Positions 19,717 through 28,264 of a DNA stretch of 64,000 nucleotides are shown here, one piece after another. The position numbers and the translations under genes are program-made. The notes below the pieces were generated by a model. That model had not been told where the DNA came from. It ran no database searches and saw nothing but the letters and a program-made list of their open reading frames with translations. Each line of letters opens with the position of its first letter. Position 1 is the first letter of the stretch. Source of the DNA: Chloroflexota bacterium (lineage in GTDB: Bacteria; Chloroflexota; Limnocylindria; Limnocylindrales; CSP1-4); contig DAHXON010000002.1 of the NCBI GenBank assembly GCA_027364875.1, positions 25,192 to 89,191 of the forward strand, given 5' to 3'.

Positions 19717-21042
19717 TGTCGCCCGGAGGTGTCAGAGTTCAGGACATAGGTGACAACTGATCGGTTACTGGTGAGTCGGGACATGCGTGACAGTCCGCTG
19801 CATGTCGAAGCACCAGGTTGCCGTCATCAAGGTCGTCTCAGCGCAGCTGTCCGTCACCGCCGCGGCGGCCCAGTGCGGCATTAGCCGCGGCCACCTGCAC
19901 CGGCTCCTTGCCCGATATCGCGAAGGTGGCCTACCGGCCATCGAACCGCGATCCCGGCGGCCGCGTGGCAGTCCGCAGCAGACGTCGCTCGCAGTGCGCG
20001 AGCGGATCGTCGAGCTCCGAACCGACCTTGTCGCCCGCGGTCTCGACGCGGGCCCGGCCACCATCGGCTGGCACCTCGAGCGCGAGGGCCTGGCCGTTCC
20101 GTCGAGCTCAACGATCCGGCGCATTCTCCATGGCGCAGGGCTCATCACGCCCGAGCCGCACAAGCGCCCGCGCAGCTCCTGGATCCGCTTCGAGGCCGCC
20201 GCTCCAAATGAGGTCTGGCAGTCCGACTTCACCCACTGGCACCTCGCCGACGGCGGCGAGGTCGAGATCATCAGCTGGCTCGATGACCACTCCCGCTACC
20301 TGCTGGCCTGCTCGGCCTTCACCCGCGTCGCGGGAGACGACGTGGTCGCGACGTTCACCGCGGCCGGCGACGCTCACGGCTGGCCCGCCGCCACGCTCAC
20401 CGACAACGGGGCTGTCTACACGTCGCGCTTCACAGGTGGACGCAACGGCTTCGAGTATCTGCTCGCCTACCTCGGCATCCGCCAGAAGAATGGCGCACCG
20501 AACCACCCGCAGACCCAGGGCAAGATCGAGCGCTTCCACCAGACCCTCAAACGCTACCTGGGCCGGCGGCCGGAAGCGAGCAACCTCGCCGGGCTTCAGA
20601 GCCAGCTCGACACCTTCCGCCTCGCCTACAACGAGCAGCGTCCGCACCGGGCGGTCGGCCGGGCGACACCGGGTGAGGCCTACCGGGCGATACCGAAGGC
20701 GCGGCCGTCGGAAGCCGGCAGGGGCCACTTCCGGCTCCGTTACGACATCACCGACAGCAAGGGCGCGATGACCCTGCGGCGCGGTGGCCGGCTCTATCAC
20801 CTCAAAGTTGGAGCCAGCCATGCCCGCCGTCGCGTCCTGGCCATCGCCGATGAGCGAGAGGTCACCGTCGTCGCTCTCGACACTGGCGAGATCCTCTCGA
20901 CACACCTCATCGAACCCGCCAAGGGCTACTGGCGCAACCAACAACGAGACCCCGGCCGATGGCCGGGGTCCGGAGCGACTAGCTGATCACCGGTGTCACG
21001 GATGTCGCGACTCAGGTGTCACCGATGTCGCGACTCAAGACA
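19717..21042 (+). mobile_element. IS481-family insertion sequence (about 1326 bp)
   Basis: Termini are TGTC...GACA. A 23-bp subterminal motif ggtgtcac(g/c)gatgtcgcgactca occurs twice in tandem at 20992-21037, with an inverted copy tgagtcgggacatgcgtgaca at 19772-19792. Single DDE transposase ORF. Flanked by the 16-bp direct repeat. Confidence 0.75.
19802..20986 (+). CDS. IS481-family transposase (HTH plus rve integrase-core domain)
   Basis: ORF 19787..20986 (ATG 19802 is more likely than GTG 19787). MSKHQVAVIKVV..., WQSDFTHW, DDHSRYLLAC, LTDNGAVYTS, PNHPQTQGKIERFHQTLK, YNEQRPHRA. Confidence 0.9.
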   Translation: MSKHQVAVIKVVSAQLSVTAAAAQCGISRGHLHRLLARYREGGLPAIEPRSRRPRGSPQQTSLAVRERIVELRTDLVARGLDAGPATIGWHLEREGLAVPSSSTIRRILHGAGLITPEPHKRPRSSWIRFEAAAPNEVWQSDFTHWHLADGGEVEIISWLDDHSRYLLACSAFTRVAGDDVVATFTAAGDAHGWPAATLTDNGAVYTSRFTGGRNGFEYLLAYLGIRQKNGAPNHPQTQGKIERFHQTLKRYLGRRPEASNLAGLQSQLDTFRLAYNEQRPHRAVGRATPGEAYRAIPKARPSEAGRGHFRLRYDITDSKGAMTLRRGGRLYHLKVGASHARRRVLAIADEREVTVVALDTGEILSTHLIEPAKGYWRNQQRDPGRWPGSGATS

Positions 21043-21058
21043 TTGGCGCGCCCGGAGG
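21043..21058. repeat. 16-bp direct repeat ttggcgcgcccggagg (right copy; overlaps the 3' end of the tRNA-like gene)
   Basis: Identical to 19701-19716. Confidence 0.8.
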
Positions 21059-21137
21059 GATTCGAACCCCCGACCCTCTGATCCGAAGTCCCCTTCCCGT
21101 CAGAGGGGTCGCAGCCGGCCGATTCCTGCGCGGGCGA
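21044..21137 (-). tRNA. tRNA-like gene, Arg(UCG)-related but non-canonical (possible pseudogene or tRNA-derived structured RNA)
   Basis: Minus strand: TCGCCCG CGCAG GAATCGGCCGG CTGCG ACCCC TCTGA CGGGAAGGGGACTTCGGA TCAGA GGGTC GGGGG TTCGAAT CCCTC CGGGCGC G CCA. The T-arm, variable loop, 3' acceptor and CCA are canonical. Position 1 is mispaired (T:C). The D-like stem abuts the acceptor. The anticodon loop is 18 nt (an 11-nt insertion before CTTCGGA). Confidence 0.4.
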
Positions 21138-21427
21138 CGGCCTCGCGAGAGAGCGCCATCGTCGATACCGGGGTGAGTCAGATTCCCGCCCCGAAGAGAG
21201 TTTTCGTCCCGTCGTGGAGAACCGAAAGAGTCCGATGCCCTCGGCGGGTTCGGGTTCTTCAGATGCCCACGACGAGAGGAGGATTGTAGGGCGAGTTGAG
21301 CGAGCCGCCAAACCCAGATGACCGACTCAACCCAGGCGTCTCGTTTGGGACGCTCGCAACCGGGTGCGGTCTGACGTCTGGGCCTGCTGGAAGTAGGCGA
21401 CGTTTTCCGGAGTGGGCGCTCCGAGAA

Positions 21428-22231
21428 TCAAGCCAGGAGTAACTTCAATTCCGCCCCAATGCCGACGGAGATGATGGCCGCGCGCAAGGCCGTGGGTGGC
21501 AAGCGACGCCCCACTCCGGAGCCGAGCTGCCCTCCGGCGGTCGAGCCGACGGCGATCAAGAGGGCGACCTGCAGATCGACTGGCCCAACCGCGAGGAACA
21601 TAAGGCCGGCCGCGCCGTTGATGATGGCCGCCAGGACATTCTTCAGGCCATTCAGGCGCTGGATATCGTCCGGAAGGAAGAGCGTCAGCAGGGAGATCAT
21701 GATGATCCCCATGGCGGCTCCGAAGTAACCACCGTACACGGCCGTCGCGTAGAACGCGGCCATCATCGGCCAGGACTTGTGGGCTTCGGGATGTCGGTGC
21801 CGGGCGAGCACGCGGGATAATCGGGGCCCGGCAGCTACCAGGACCAGCGCCACTCCGACGAGGGCCGGCACCACGACGGCGAACGCCCCGGGCAAGATCC
21901 GCAGGAGTATTGCCCCGGTCAGTCCGCCAGCCGCCGCGGCCGCTCCTAGCCGCAAGACACGGGGGCGCTGGCCGGCAAGCTCGCGCCGATACCCAAACGC
22001 CCCGCTGAGGGAACCAGGCACCAGGCCGACGGTATTCGAGACGTTGGCGATGAGCGGCGAGTAGCCCATGGCCAGCAGGGTCGGAAACGTCACGAGCGAC
22101 CCAGAGCCAACGATCGTGTTGATCGTGCCAGCGGCGAATCCCACTCCCAGGATTGCGCCTGCCTCGAGCGGCCCCATCATGCGGCTGTGAAGACCGCGAT
22201 ATGAGTGGCGCGCCTGAACGCCCGCCAGCAC
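21428..22231 (-). CDS. TSUP (TauE/SafE) family anion exporter
   Basis: ORF 21428..22231 (start possibly M18/M19). GFAAGTINTIVGSGSLVTFPTLLAMG and AVYGGYFGAAMGIIM are typical TSUP repeats. Lies 19 nt downstream of lpdA on the same strand. Confidence 0.85.
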   Translation of the reverse strand: MLAGVQARHSYRGLHSRMMGPLEAGAILGVGFAAGTINTIVGSGSLVTFPTLLAMGYSPLIANVSNTVGLVPGSLSGAFGYRRELAGQRPRVLRLGAAAAAGGLTGAILLRILPGAFAVVVPALVGVALVLVAAGPRLSRVLARHRHPEAHKSWPMMAAFYATAVYGGYFGAAMGIIMISLLTLFLPDDIQRLNGLKNVLAAIINGAAGLMFLAVGPVDLQVALLIAVGSTAGGQLGSGVGRRLPPTALRAAIISVGIGAELKLLLA

Positions 22232-22249
22232 CGGGAGTCCGGCCGGCGC

Positions 22250-23680
22250 CTAGACATTGATGGACTGGCCCGACACCGCCATGGCCGCCTCGGCCAGAGC
22301 CTCCGACAGCGAGGGATGGGGATGAACCGTGTGGGCGAGCTCCTGGACTCGCGCCGCCAGGTTCATGCCCAGGGAGCCTTCGGCAACCAGATCGGTCACG
22401 TGCGGCCCGATCAGGTGAATGCCGAGTATCTGCCCCGTCTCGGCATGCGCAAGCACTTTCGCGAAGCCCTCGTGGTCGCCGCCGATGACCGCCTTGGCGT
22501 TGGCCAGCCAGGGGAACTTGCCTGCCACATACGGAACGGAGTCACGCGTCAGCTCTGCCTCGCTCCGGCCCACCGAAGCGATCTGAGGCCTGCAGTACGT
22601 TGCCCTCGGCATGATCGAGTAGTCAACCGGCTCCGGGTCCAGCCCGGCGATCGTCTCCACGGCGACTATCCCTTCGTGAGCGGCGACGTGGGCCAGGAGC
22701 AAGCCGCCGACGAGATCGCCTATCGCGTAGACATTGGGTTCCGCGGTCCGCATGTACGGGTCGACGCGGATGACTCCGGACTCCACGACCACCTGCGTGT
22801 TTTCCAGGCCGATTCCGGAGACGTTGGCTGACCGCCCGGTCGCCACGAGCAGCTGGGCCGCATGTAACTCGCGCCGCCCGACGCCCGCCACTGTCTCTAC
22901 CGAGACCGTGACCCCGGCGTCATCCGCGACGGCGGCCTCAGGGTCGAGCCGAGCACCGACCATCACCTCGATCCCCCGGCGCCTGAAGGCACGCTCGAGG
23001 ACGCGACCGATCTCCGCGTCTTCGAGGGGAACCAGCGACGAGAGGTACTCGACCAGCGTCACCTCTGTTCCCATATCCCGGTAGAACGAGGCGAACTCAA
23101 CTCCCACCGCGCCGCCACCCACCACGATCAGGCTTGGGGGGATTACCTCGCTCGTGAGCACGTCGTCGCTCGTGACGATCCGCCGCCCATCAGGGACGAG
23201 ACCGGGCAGACTTCGGGGGCGGCTGCCCGTCGCCAGTATCAGGTTCGTGGCTTGAATGACGCGTTCACCTTCAGCCAGCCCGTCCGGGCCGGCCAGAGCA
23301 ACCCGGACGACGCGGGAGCTCTCGAGCACTCCGCGCCCGTGGATCAGTTCGACGCGGTTCTTGCGAACCAGGCTCATCAGGCCGCCCGTCAGCCGGTTCA
23401 CGGTATCCGTCCGCCGGCGCGCGATCGCGGCCATGTTCGCTCCGACACCGGCAGCCTCGAGACCGAACGCGCTCGCGTCGCGCATGCGCGCCAGGAGATC
23501 CGCCGACTCGAGCATTACCTTGGTTGGTATGCAGCCCCTGTGAAGGCAGGTCCCTCCGATCAGGTCCGCTTCCACGAGAGCCGTCCGGAGTCCCAGCTGA
23601 CTCGCCCGGAATGCCGCGGTGTAGCCGCCAGTGCCGCCGCCGAGCACGATGAGATCGAACTGGTCCGCAGGTGATTCCAT
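22250..23680 (-). CDS. lpdA: dihydrolipoyl dehydrogenase (E3)
   Basis: ORF 22250..23701. A GGGAG 4 nt upstream favours ATG 23680. FDLIVLGGGTGGY, GGTCLHRGCIPTK, and the C-terminal HPHPSLSEA interface motif. Confidence 0.95.
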   Translation of the reverse strand: MESPADQFDLIVLGGGTGGYTAAFRASQLGLRTALVEADLIGGTCLHRGCIPTKVMLESADLLARMRDASAFGLEAAGVGANMAAIARRRTDTVNRLTGGLMSLVRKNRVELIHGRGVLESSRVVRVALAGPDGLAEGERVIQATNLILATGSRPRSLPGLVPDGRRIVTSDDVLTSEVIPPSLIVVGGGAVGVEFASFYRDMGTEVTLVEYLSSLVPLEDAEIGRVLERAFRRRGIEVMVGARLDPEAAVADDAGVTVSVETVAGVGRRELHAAQLLVATGRSANVSGIGLENTQVVVESGVIRVDPYMRTAEPNVYAIGDLVGGLLLAHVAAHEGIVAVETIAGLDPEPVDYSIMPRATYCRPQIASVGRSEAELTRDSVPYVAGKFPWLANAKAVIGGDHEGFAKVLAHAETGQILGIHLIGPHVTDLVAEGSLGMNLAARVQELAHTVHPHPSLSEALAEAAMAVSGQSINV

Positions 23681-23696
23681 CCGACTCCCACAAGGC

Positions 23697-23722
23697 TCCA
23701 AAGGTTCCGCGAAACGTTTAAC
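23697..23722. promoter_or_regulatory. 26-bp bipartite LacI-type operator, site a
   Basis: tccaaaggttccgcgaaacgtttaac. Lies 17 nt upstream of the lpdA ATG and 153 nt upstream of the first CoA-transferase gene. Confidence 0.6.
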
Positions 23723-23874
23723 ATGATACCCTGTTCACTGCTCGGCCCGCAGGTTGCAGGCTGGAAGGGAGTCTCGAGTGACGTGGTGCGGGGTCTGCGT
23801 CTCGGCGTAGCGCCACCCCCGCGGACACGGAGCCATGGCGGCTACACCACCGAGTGCTAGGAGAGACAGAGGCG

Positions 23875-25065
23875 ATGGGAGCCCCACTCGAAGGGATCAG
23901 GGTCCTGGATGTCAGCCGGGTTCTGGCTGGCCCGTTCTGCTCGATGCTGCTCGGAGACATGGGAGCCGACGTCGTCAAGGTCGAGCGCATTGGGCGCGGC
24001 GACGACAGCCGATCCGTCGGCGAGAAGGTGGGCGGCGAGAGCACCTACTTCATGGTGATGAACCGGAACAAGCGCGGGGTCACCGTCGACTTCCGGAACC
24101 CTGAAGGGATTGAGTTGCTCAAGCGCCTCGCCTGCGAGGCTGACGTCCTGGTCGAGAACTTCCGAGCCGGCACGTTGGAGGAGATGGGTCTTGGCTGGGA
24201 GACCCTCCACAAGCTCAACCCGCGCCTGATCCTGGCCAGCATATCGGGCTTCGGGCAGAGCGGACCCTACGTGGACTACGCCGCATTCGACATGATCATC
24301 CAGGCCATGAGCGGCATGATGGACATGACCGGCGAGCCGGATCGTCCTCCGGTCACCACCGGCACGTTCCTCGTCGACTACGCCACGGGCCTGTACACCG
24401 CGTTCGGCATCCTGGGTGCCCTCCGCGCCCGAGATCAGACCGGTCAGGGGCAGCGCGTCGACATGGCCCTGCTCGACACGGCCTTCTCGTTCCTCGTCAC
24501 GGCCATCCCGGATTGGCTGCTGCTGCACAAGAAGATGGCGCGGCGTGGCAATCGCGACCGATACTGCGCACCCACGAACCTCTTCACCTCGAAGGATGGA
24601 CGGTACGTGTTCGTCGCGGCGGCGACAGACGGGCTGTTCCCTCGCCTGGCCAGAGTGATCGGGCGCGAGGATATGCTCACCGACCCGCGCTACTCCACGA
24701 ACGTGGAGCGGATGAAGCGGATCGAGGAGACCGAGAAGATCCTTGGCGATTGGGTTGCCGAGCGGACCGCGGATGAAGTCATCGAACTCGTCCGGGCCGC
24801 CGGGCTGCCGTGTGCCAAGGTCGCCACGATAGACGAGGTCGTCGAGGATCCCCAGCTGAAGCACCGCGAGATGTTGGTAGAGATCGACCACCCCGCCGCG
24901 GGCAAGTTCCCGATGCACGGCCTGAACGTCCACTTCTCGGACACGAAGGAAGAAATTCGAAGGCCGGCACCCCTTCTCGGCCAGCACAACAAGGAGATCT
25001 ACGGCGAGTGGTTGGGGATGACAGATGAGGAGCTCGCTCGGCTCAGGGGGAAGGGCGTGATCTGA
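23875..25065 (+). CDS. family III CoA-transferase (CaiB/BaiF-like), copy 1
   Basis: ORF 23854..25065. An AGGAG about 12 nt upstream favours ATG 23875. [50 protein letters not shown]. Ends LRGKGVI*. Confidence 0.9.
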   Translation: [396 protein letters not shown]

Positions 25066-25141
25066 TCGTCGCATCCAGCCCGCGCCGCAGGGCTCGGGCC
25101 GCCAGCTGCTCCACGCGAAAACAGACGAGAGGCAGAGGAAC

Positions 25142-26023
25142 ATGAAGTCCAAGCTCGTATCCATGGCTGAGGCCGCCGCCCTGGTCCCGTCGGGAAGCTC
25201 GATCGCGATAGGCGGAAGCATCATCCGCCGCTCCCCGGTCGCCCTGATCCGGGAACTGATCCGGCAGGGCAAGAAGGACTTCACCGTCCTTGCCTATCCG
25301 GCCGGGTTCACCACGGACATGCTCGCCGGGGCCGGCGCCCTCAAGCGCGTCGAGGCCGTCTACGAGGGGCTCTTCCAGTTCGGGCAGTCGTACAACTTCC
25401 GCCGCGGCGTCGAGGCCGGGGTCATCGACATCCGCGACTTCAGCGAAGTCGCGATGGCCGCGCGGTTCCGTGCCGCAGCGTCGGGCCTCCCCTTCATGCC
25501 GACCGACGCGCTGCTGGGCACGGGGATGGCCGCGAACAATCCCGAACAGATCCGCGAGATCACCTGCCCGTTCACTGGTCGCAGGTTGCACGCGGTGGAG
25601 CCGGCCAACCCGGATTTCACGCTTCTGCACGGCTACATCGGCGACGAATACGGCAACGTCCAATTCCCCCTCGTCCGCGACGCGGACGACCTGGACCCCG
25701 TGTTCGCCAAGGGAGCAAAGCGGCTGATCGTGACCGTCGAGAAGATCGTGCCGCACTCCGAGATCCTGAAGAACCCAAACCTCACCTACATACCCCACGT
25801 GTGGGTCGAGGCGATCGTCGAAGCCCCCTTCGGCGCCCACCCGCTGAGCTGCGACGGGTACTACGACGAGGACGAAGAGCACATGTACTACTACCAGGCT
25901 TGCTCCAAGCCCGGGAATTTCGCGGAGTACGCGGACAGGTACATCTACGGCACCAAGGACCACTGGGACTACCTGGCCAAGGCCCTCACCCCCGAGCGCA
26001 TCTTTGCGCTCTCCGCCCGATAG
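25142..26023 (+). CDS. family I CoA-transferase subunit A (glutaconate CoA-transferase GctA-like), copy 1
   Basis: ORF 25142..26023. AEAAALVPSGSSIAIGG, PDFTLLHGYIGDEYGNV, VEAPFGAHP. Confidence 0.85.
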   Translation: MKSKLVSMAEAAALVPSGSSIAIGGSIIRRSPVALIRELIRQGKKDFTVLAYPAGFTTDMLAGAGALKRVEAVYEGLFQFGQSYNFRRGVEAGVIDIRDFSEVAMAARFRAAASGLPFMPTDALLGTGMAANNPEQIREITCPFTGRRLHAVEPANPDFTLLHGYIGDEYGNVQFPLVRDADDLDPVFAKGAKRLIVTVEKIVPHSEILKNPNLTYIPHVWVEAIVEAPFGAHPLSCDGYYDEDEEHMYYYQACSKPGNFAEYADRYIYGTKDHWDYLAKALTPERIFALSAR

Positions 26024-26034
26024 GAGGCCGAACG

Positions 26035-26844
26035 ATGGCGTACGCCGACGACTACACGCTCAACGAGCTGATGGTGGTTGCCGCCTCCCGGGAGCTTCGC
26101 GACGGGGACCTGATCTTCATCGGGGTCGGGACCGCGGGTCGGGCTTTCACGGTGGCGGTGGGGATACCGATCGCCGCCGCCAGATTGGCCCAGGAAACCC
26201 ATGCCCCCAACCTGGCCATCTACTGGAACAACCTGCTCAGCCCGGACCTGAGCCAGATCCCGCCGCGGCTGACGCAGCATCACCTGACGACCTGGCCCAC
26301 GTCCGCGCAGCTGCACAACTGCAGCGACAAGAACGACATGCTTTCGAGACGGCTGTTCGACGTCTCGTTCGATTCCGCTCCGCAGGTCGATCGCTACGGC
26401 AACCTGAACATCACTGCCATCGGCGACTACCGCCACCCTAAGCCCCGCCTGATCGGCTGCCTGGCGCAGACCGACCATTTTGCATACGTGAAGCGACCCA
26501 TAGTCCTCACCGACCTGAAGAAGCGCACATTCGTTGAGAAGGTTGACTTCATCACCAGCGTGGGCCACCTGAACGGCGGCAAGTCCCGTGAAGAGGCCGG
26601 GCTATATCCTGGCGGGCCGTGGCGGGTCATCACCGACAAGGCCATCTTCGGCTTCAACGAGAAGTCCAAGGAGATGGAGATCCTGTCGATCCATCCCGGT
26701 GTGACGCTGGATCAAGTGCTGGCCGAGATGAGCTTCCGACCGCTGACCCCCGACTCGATCCCCTCGACGGAATCGCCTACGACCGAACAGGTACGGCTGA
26801 TTCGCGAGGCTATCGACCCGAACCACATACTCCTGGTCGCCTGA
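26035..26844 (+). CDS. family I CoA-transferase subunit B (GctB-like), copy 1
   Basis: ATG 26035 (TAGGAGG upstream) within ORF 25801..26844. MAYADDYTLNELMVVAASREL...QVDRYGNLNITAIG. Confidence 0.85.
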   Translation: MAYADDYTLNELMVVAASRELRDGDLIFIGVGTAGRAFTVAVGIPIAAARLAQETHAPNLAIYWNNLLSPDLSQIPPRLTQHHLTTWPTSAQLHNCSDKNDMLSRRLFDVSFDSAPQVDRYGNLNITAIGDYRHPKPRLIGCLAQTDHFAYVKRPIVLTDLKKRTFVEKVDFITSVGHLNGGKSREEAGLYPGGPWRVITDKAIFGFNEKSKEMEILSIHPGVTLDQVLAEMSFRPLTPDSIPSTESPTTEQVRLIREAIDPNHILLVA

Positions 26845-26860
26845 CGCCAGGAGTTGCCCT

Positions 26861-26902
26861 CTGGCGGTCCGCTCCGGCTCTCTCTACGGGGCGGACCGCC
26901 AG
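26861..26902 (+). terminator. GC-rich stem-loop (12-bp perfect stem, 18-nt loop) between gctB-like and the next CoA-transferase gene; candidate terminator or attenuator without a U-tract
   Basis: ctggcggtccgc (26861-26872) pairs with gcggaccgccag (26891-26902). It begins 17 nt after the stop at 26844. Confidence 0.35.
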
Positions 26903-26969
26903 CATCCAAACCGCGGATATCGTGGAGCTTCGCCGGCTCCCGGCCCATTGACGACGCGCCTCAGACGAG

Positions 26970-28172
26970 ATGGAAACGACGATGACGGCACTGATGCCCC
27001 TGGACAACATTCGGATCCTTGACCTGTCGCGGTTCATCGCGGGTCCCTATTGCGCGGCGCTGCTCGCCGACATGGGCGCCGATGTCGTCAAGGTTGAGCG
27101 GCCGGGCGGCGAAGACAGCCGGCGCGTCGCGCCGTTCTTCAAGGGCCAGGCCACCTACACGCTGGCCTTCAACCGCAACAAGCGCGCCGTCACACTTGAC
27201 ACGCGCGCGGCCGAGGGCCAGGCCATCCTGCGCCGGCTCGTCGCCTGGGCGGACGTCGTCGTCGAGAACTACCGACCCGGAACGATGGAGCGTATGGGCC
27301 TGGGCTTCGCCGAGCTCCAACGCATCAACCCCCGGATCATCCTGACTTCCATCTCCGGGGTCGGCCAAACGGGTCCGGATCGAGACTCGGCCATGTTCGA
27401 TTGCATCGCCCAGGCCAAGTCCGGCCTGATGTCGCGGAACGGAGAGTCGCCCGACCGACCTCAGCTCGCCGGGACGTACATCGGTGACTACCTGACCGCC
27501 GTATACGCCGCGCTCGGCACCATGTTCGCCCTCTACACACGCGAGCGGACCGGGATCGGCCAGCTCGTGGATGTGGCCCTCCTGGATTCGATGTTCTCGA
27601 GTGTCGGGATGTTCGCGCTGCAGCAGGCGCTCCTCGGCGAAGCGCTGCCAAAGAGAGGCAACCGGGATCTGAATGCGGCGCCTGCCAATCTCTTCGCCGC
27701 CCTTGACGGAAAGATCTACGTCCACGCCGGAACGGATCCCCTGTTCGAGCGATTTGCCGACCTGGCGGGCCGGCGAGACCTGCTCGACGACGAGCGATTC
27801 CGAACGCTCGCGGACCGCATGGCTCACGCGGATGAGATCGAAGCCATCGTGGCCGATTGGGTCGGCCGGCGGACCACGGCCGACGCGGAGCGGATGCTCA
27901 ATGAGGCCGGCATCCCTTGCAGCACCGTGCTGGACCTTGACGCCGTCGTCAAGAGCCCCCAGCTGGAAGCCAGAGAGATGCTCGTCTCCGTGGCGCACGC
28001 AAAGCTCGGCGCGCTCGTGGTTCCCGGCATCCCGGTGAAGCTGAGCGCTACCCCGGGATCCGTTCGGCAACCACCCCCAATGGTCGGCGAGCACAACCGA
28101 GAGATCTATCGCGATCTTCTCGGGATGTCGGATGACGACCTCGACGCTCTTCGCGCGAAGGGCGTCATCTAG
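26970..28172 (+). CDS. family III CoA-transferase (CaiB/BaiF-like), copy 2
   Basis: ORF 26970..28172. [39 protein letters not shown]. Ends LRAKGVI*. Confidence 0.9.
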   Translation: [400 protein letters not shown]

Positions 28173-28223
28173 CCCAAATCAATCCGCCTCGAAAGCGCGC
28201 CCGAGGCACCTTCGAAGTCTTGC

Positions 28224-28249
28224 GTGAAACGATTCGCGAACCGTTTCCT
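28224..28249. promoter_or_regulatory. 26-bp bipartite LacI-type operator, site b
   Basis: gtgaaacgattcgcgaaccgtttcct. Lies 16 nt upstream of the likely EamA start at 28265. Confidence 0.55.
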
Positions 28250-28264
28250 ATGAATGGAGGGACC

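Noticed and set aside
21012-21311. 99-aa minus-strand ORF covering the tRNA-like locus, and the + ORFs 20784..21176 and 20993..21289.
   Set aside because: They span the IS end, its duplicated motif and the structured RNA. There are no protein motifs, and the composition is shadow-like.
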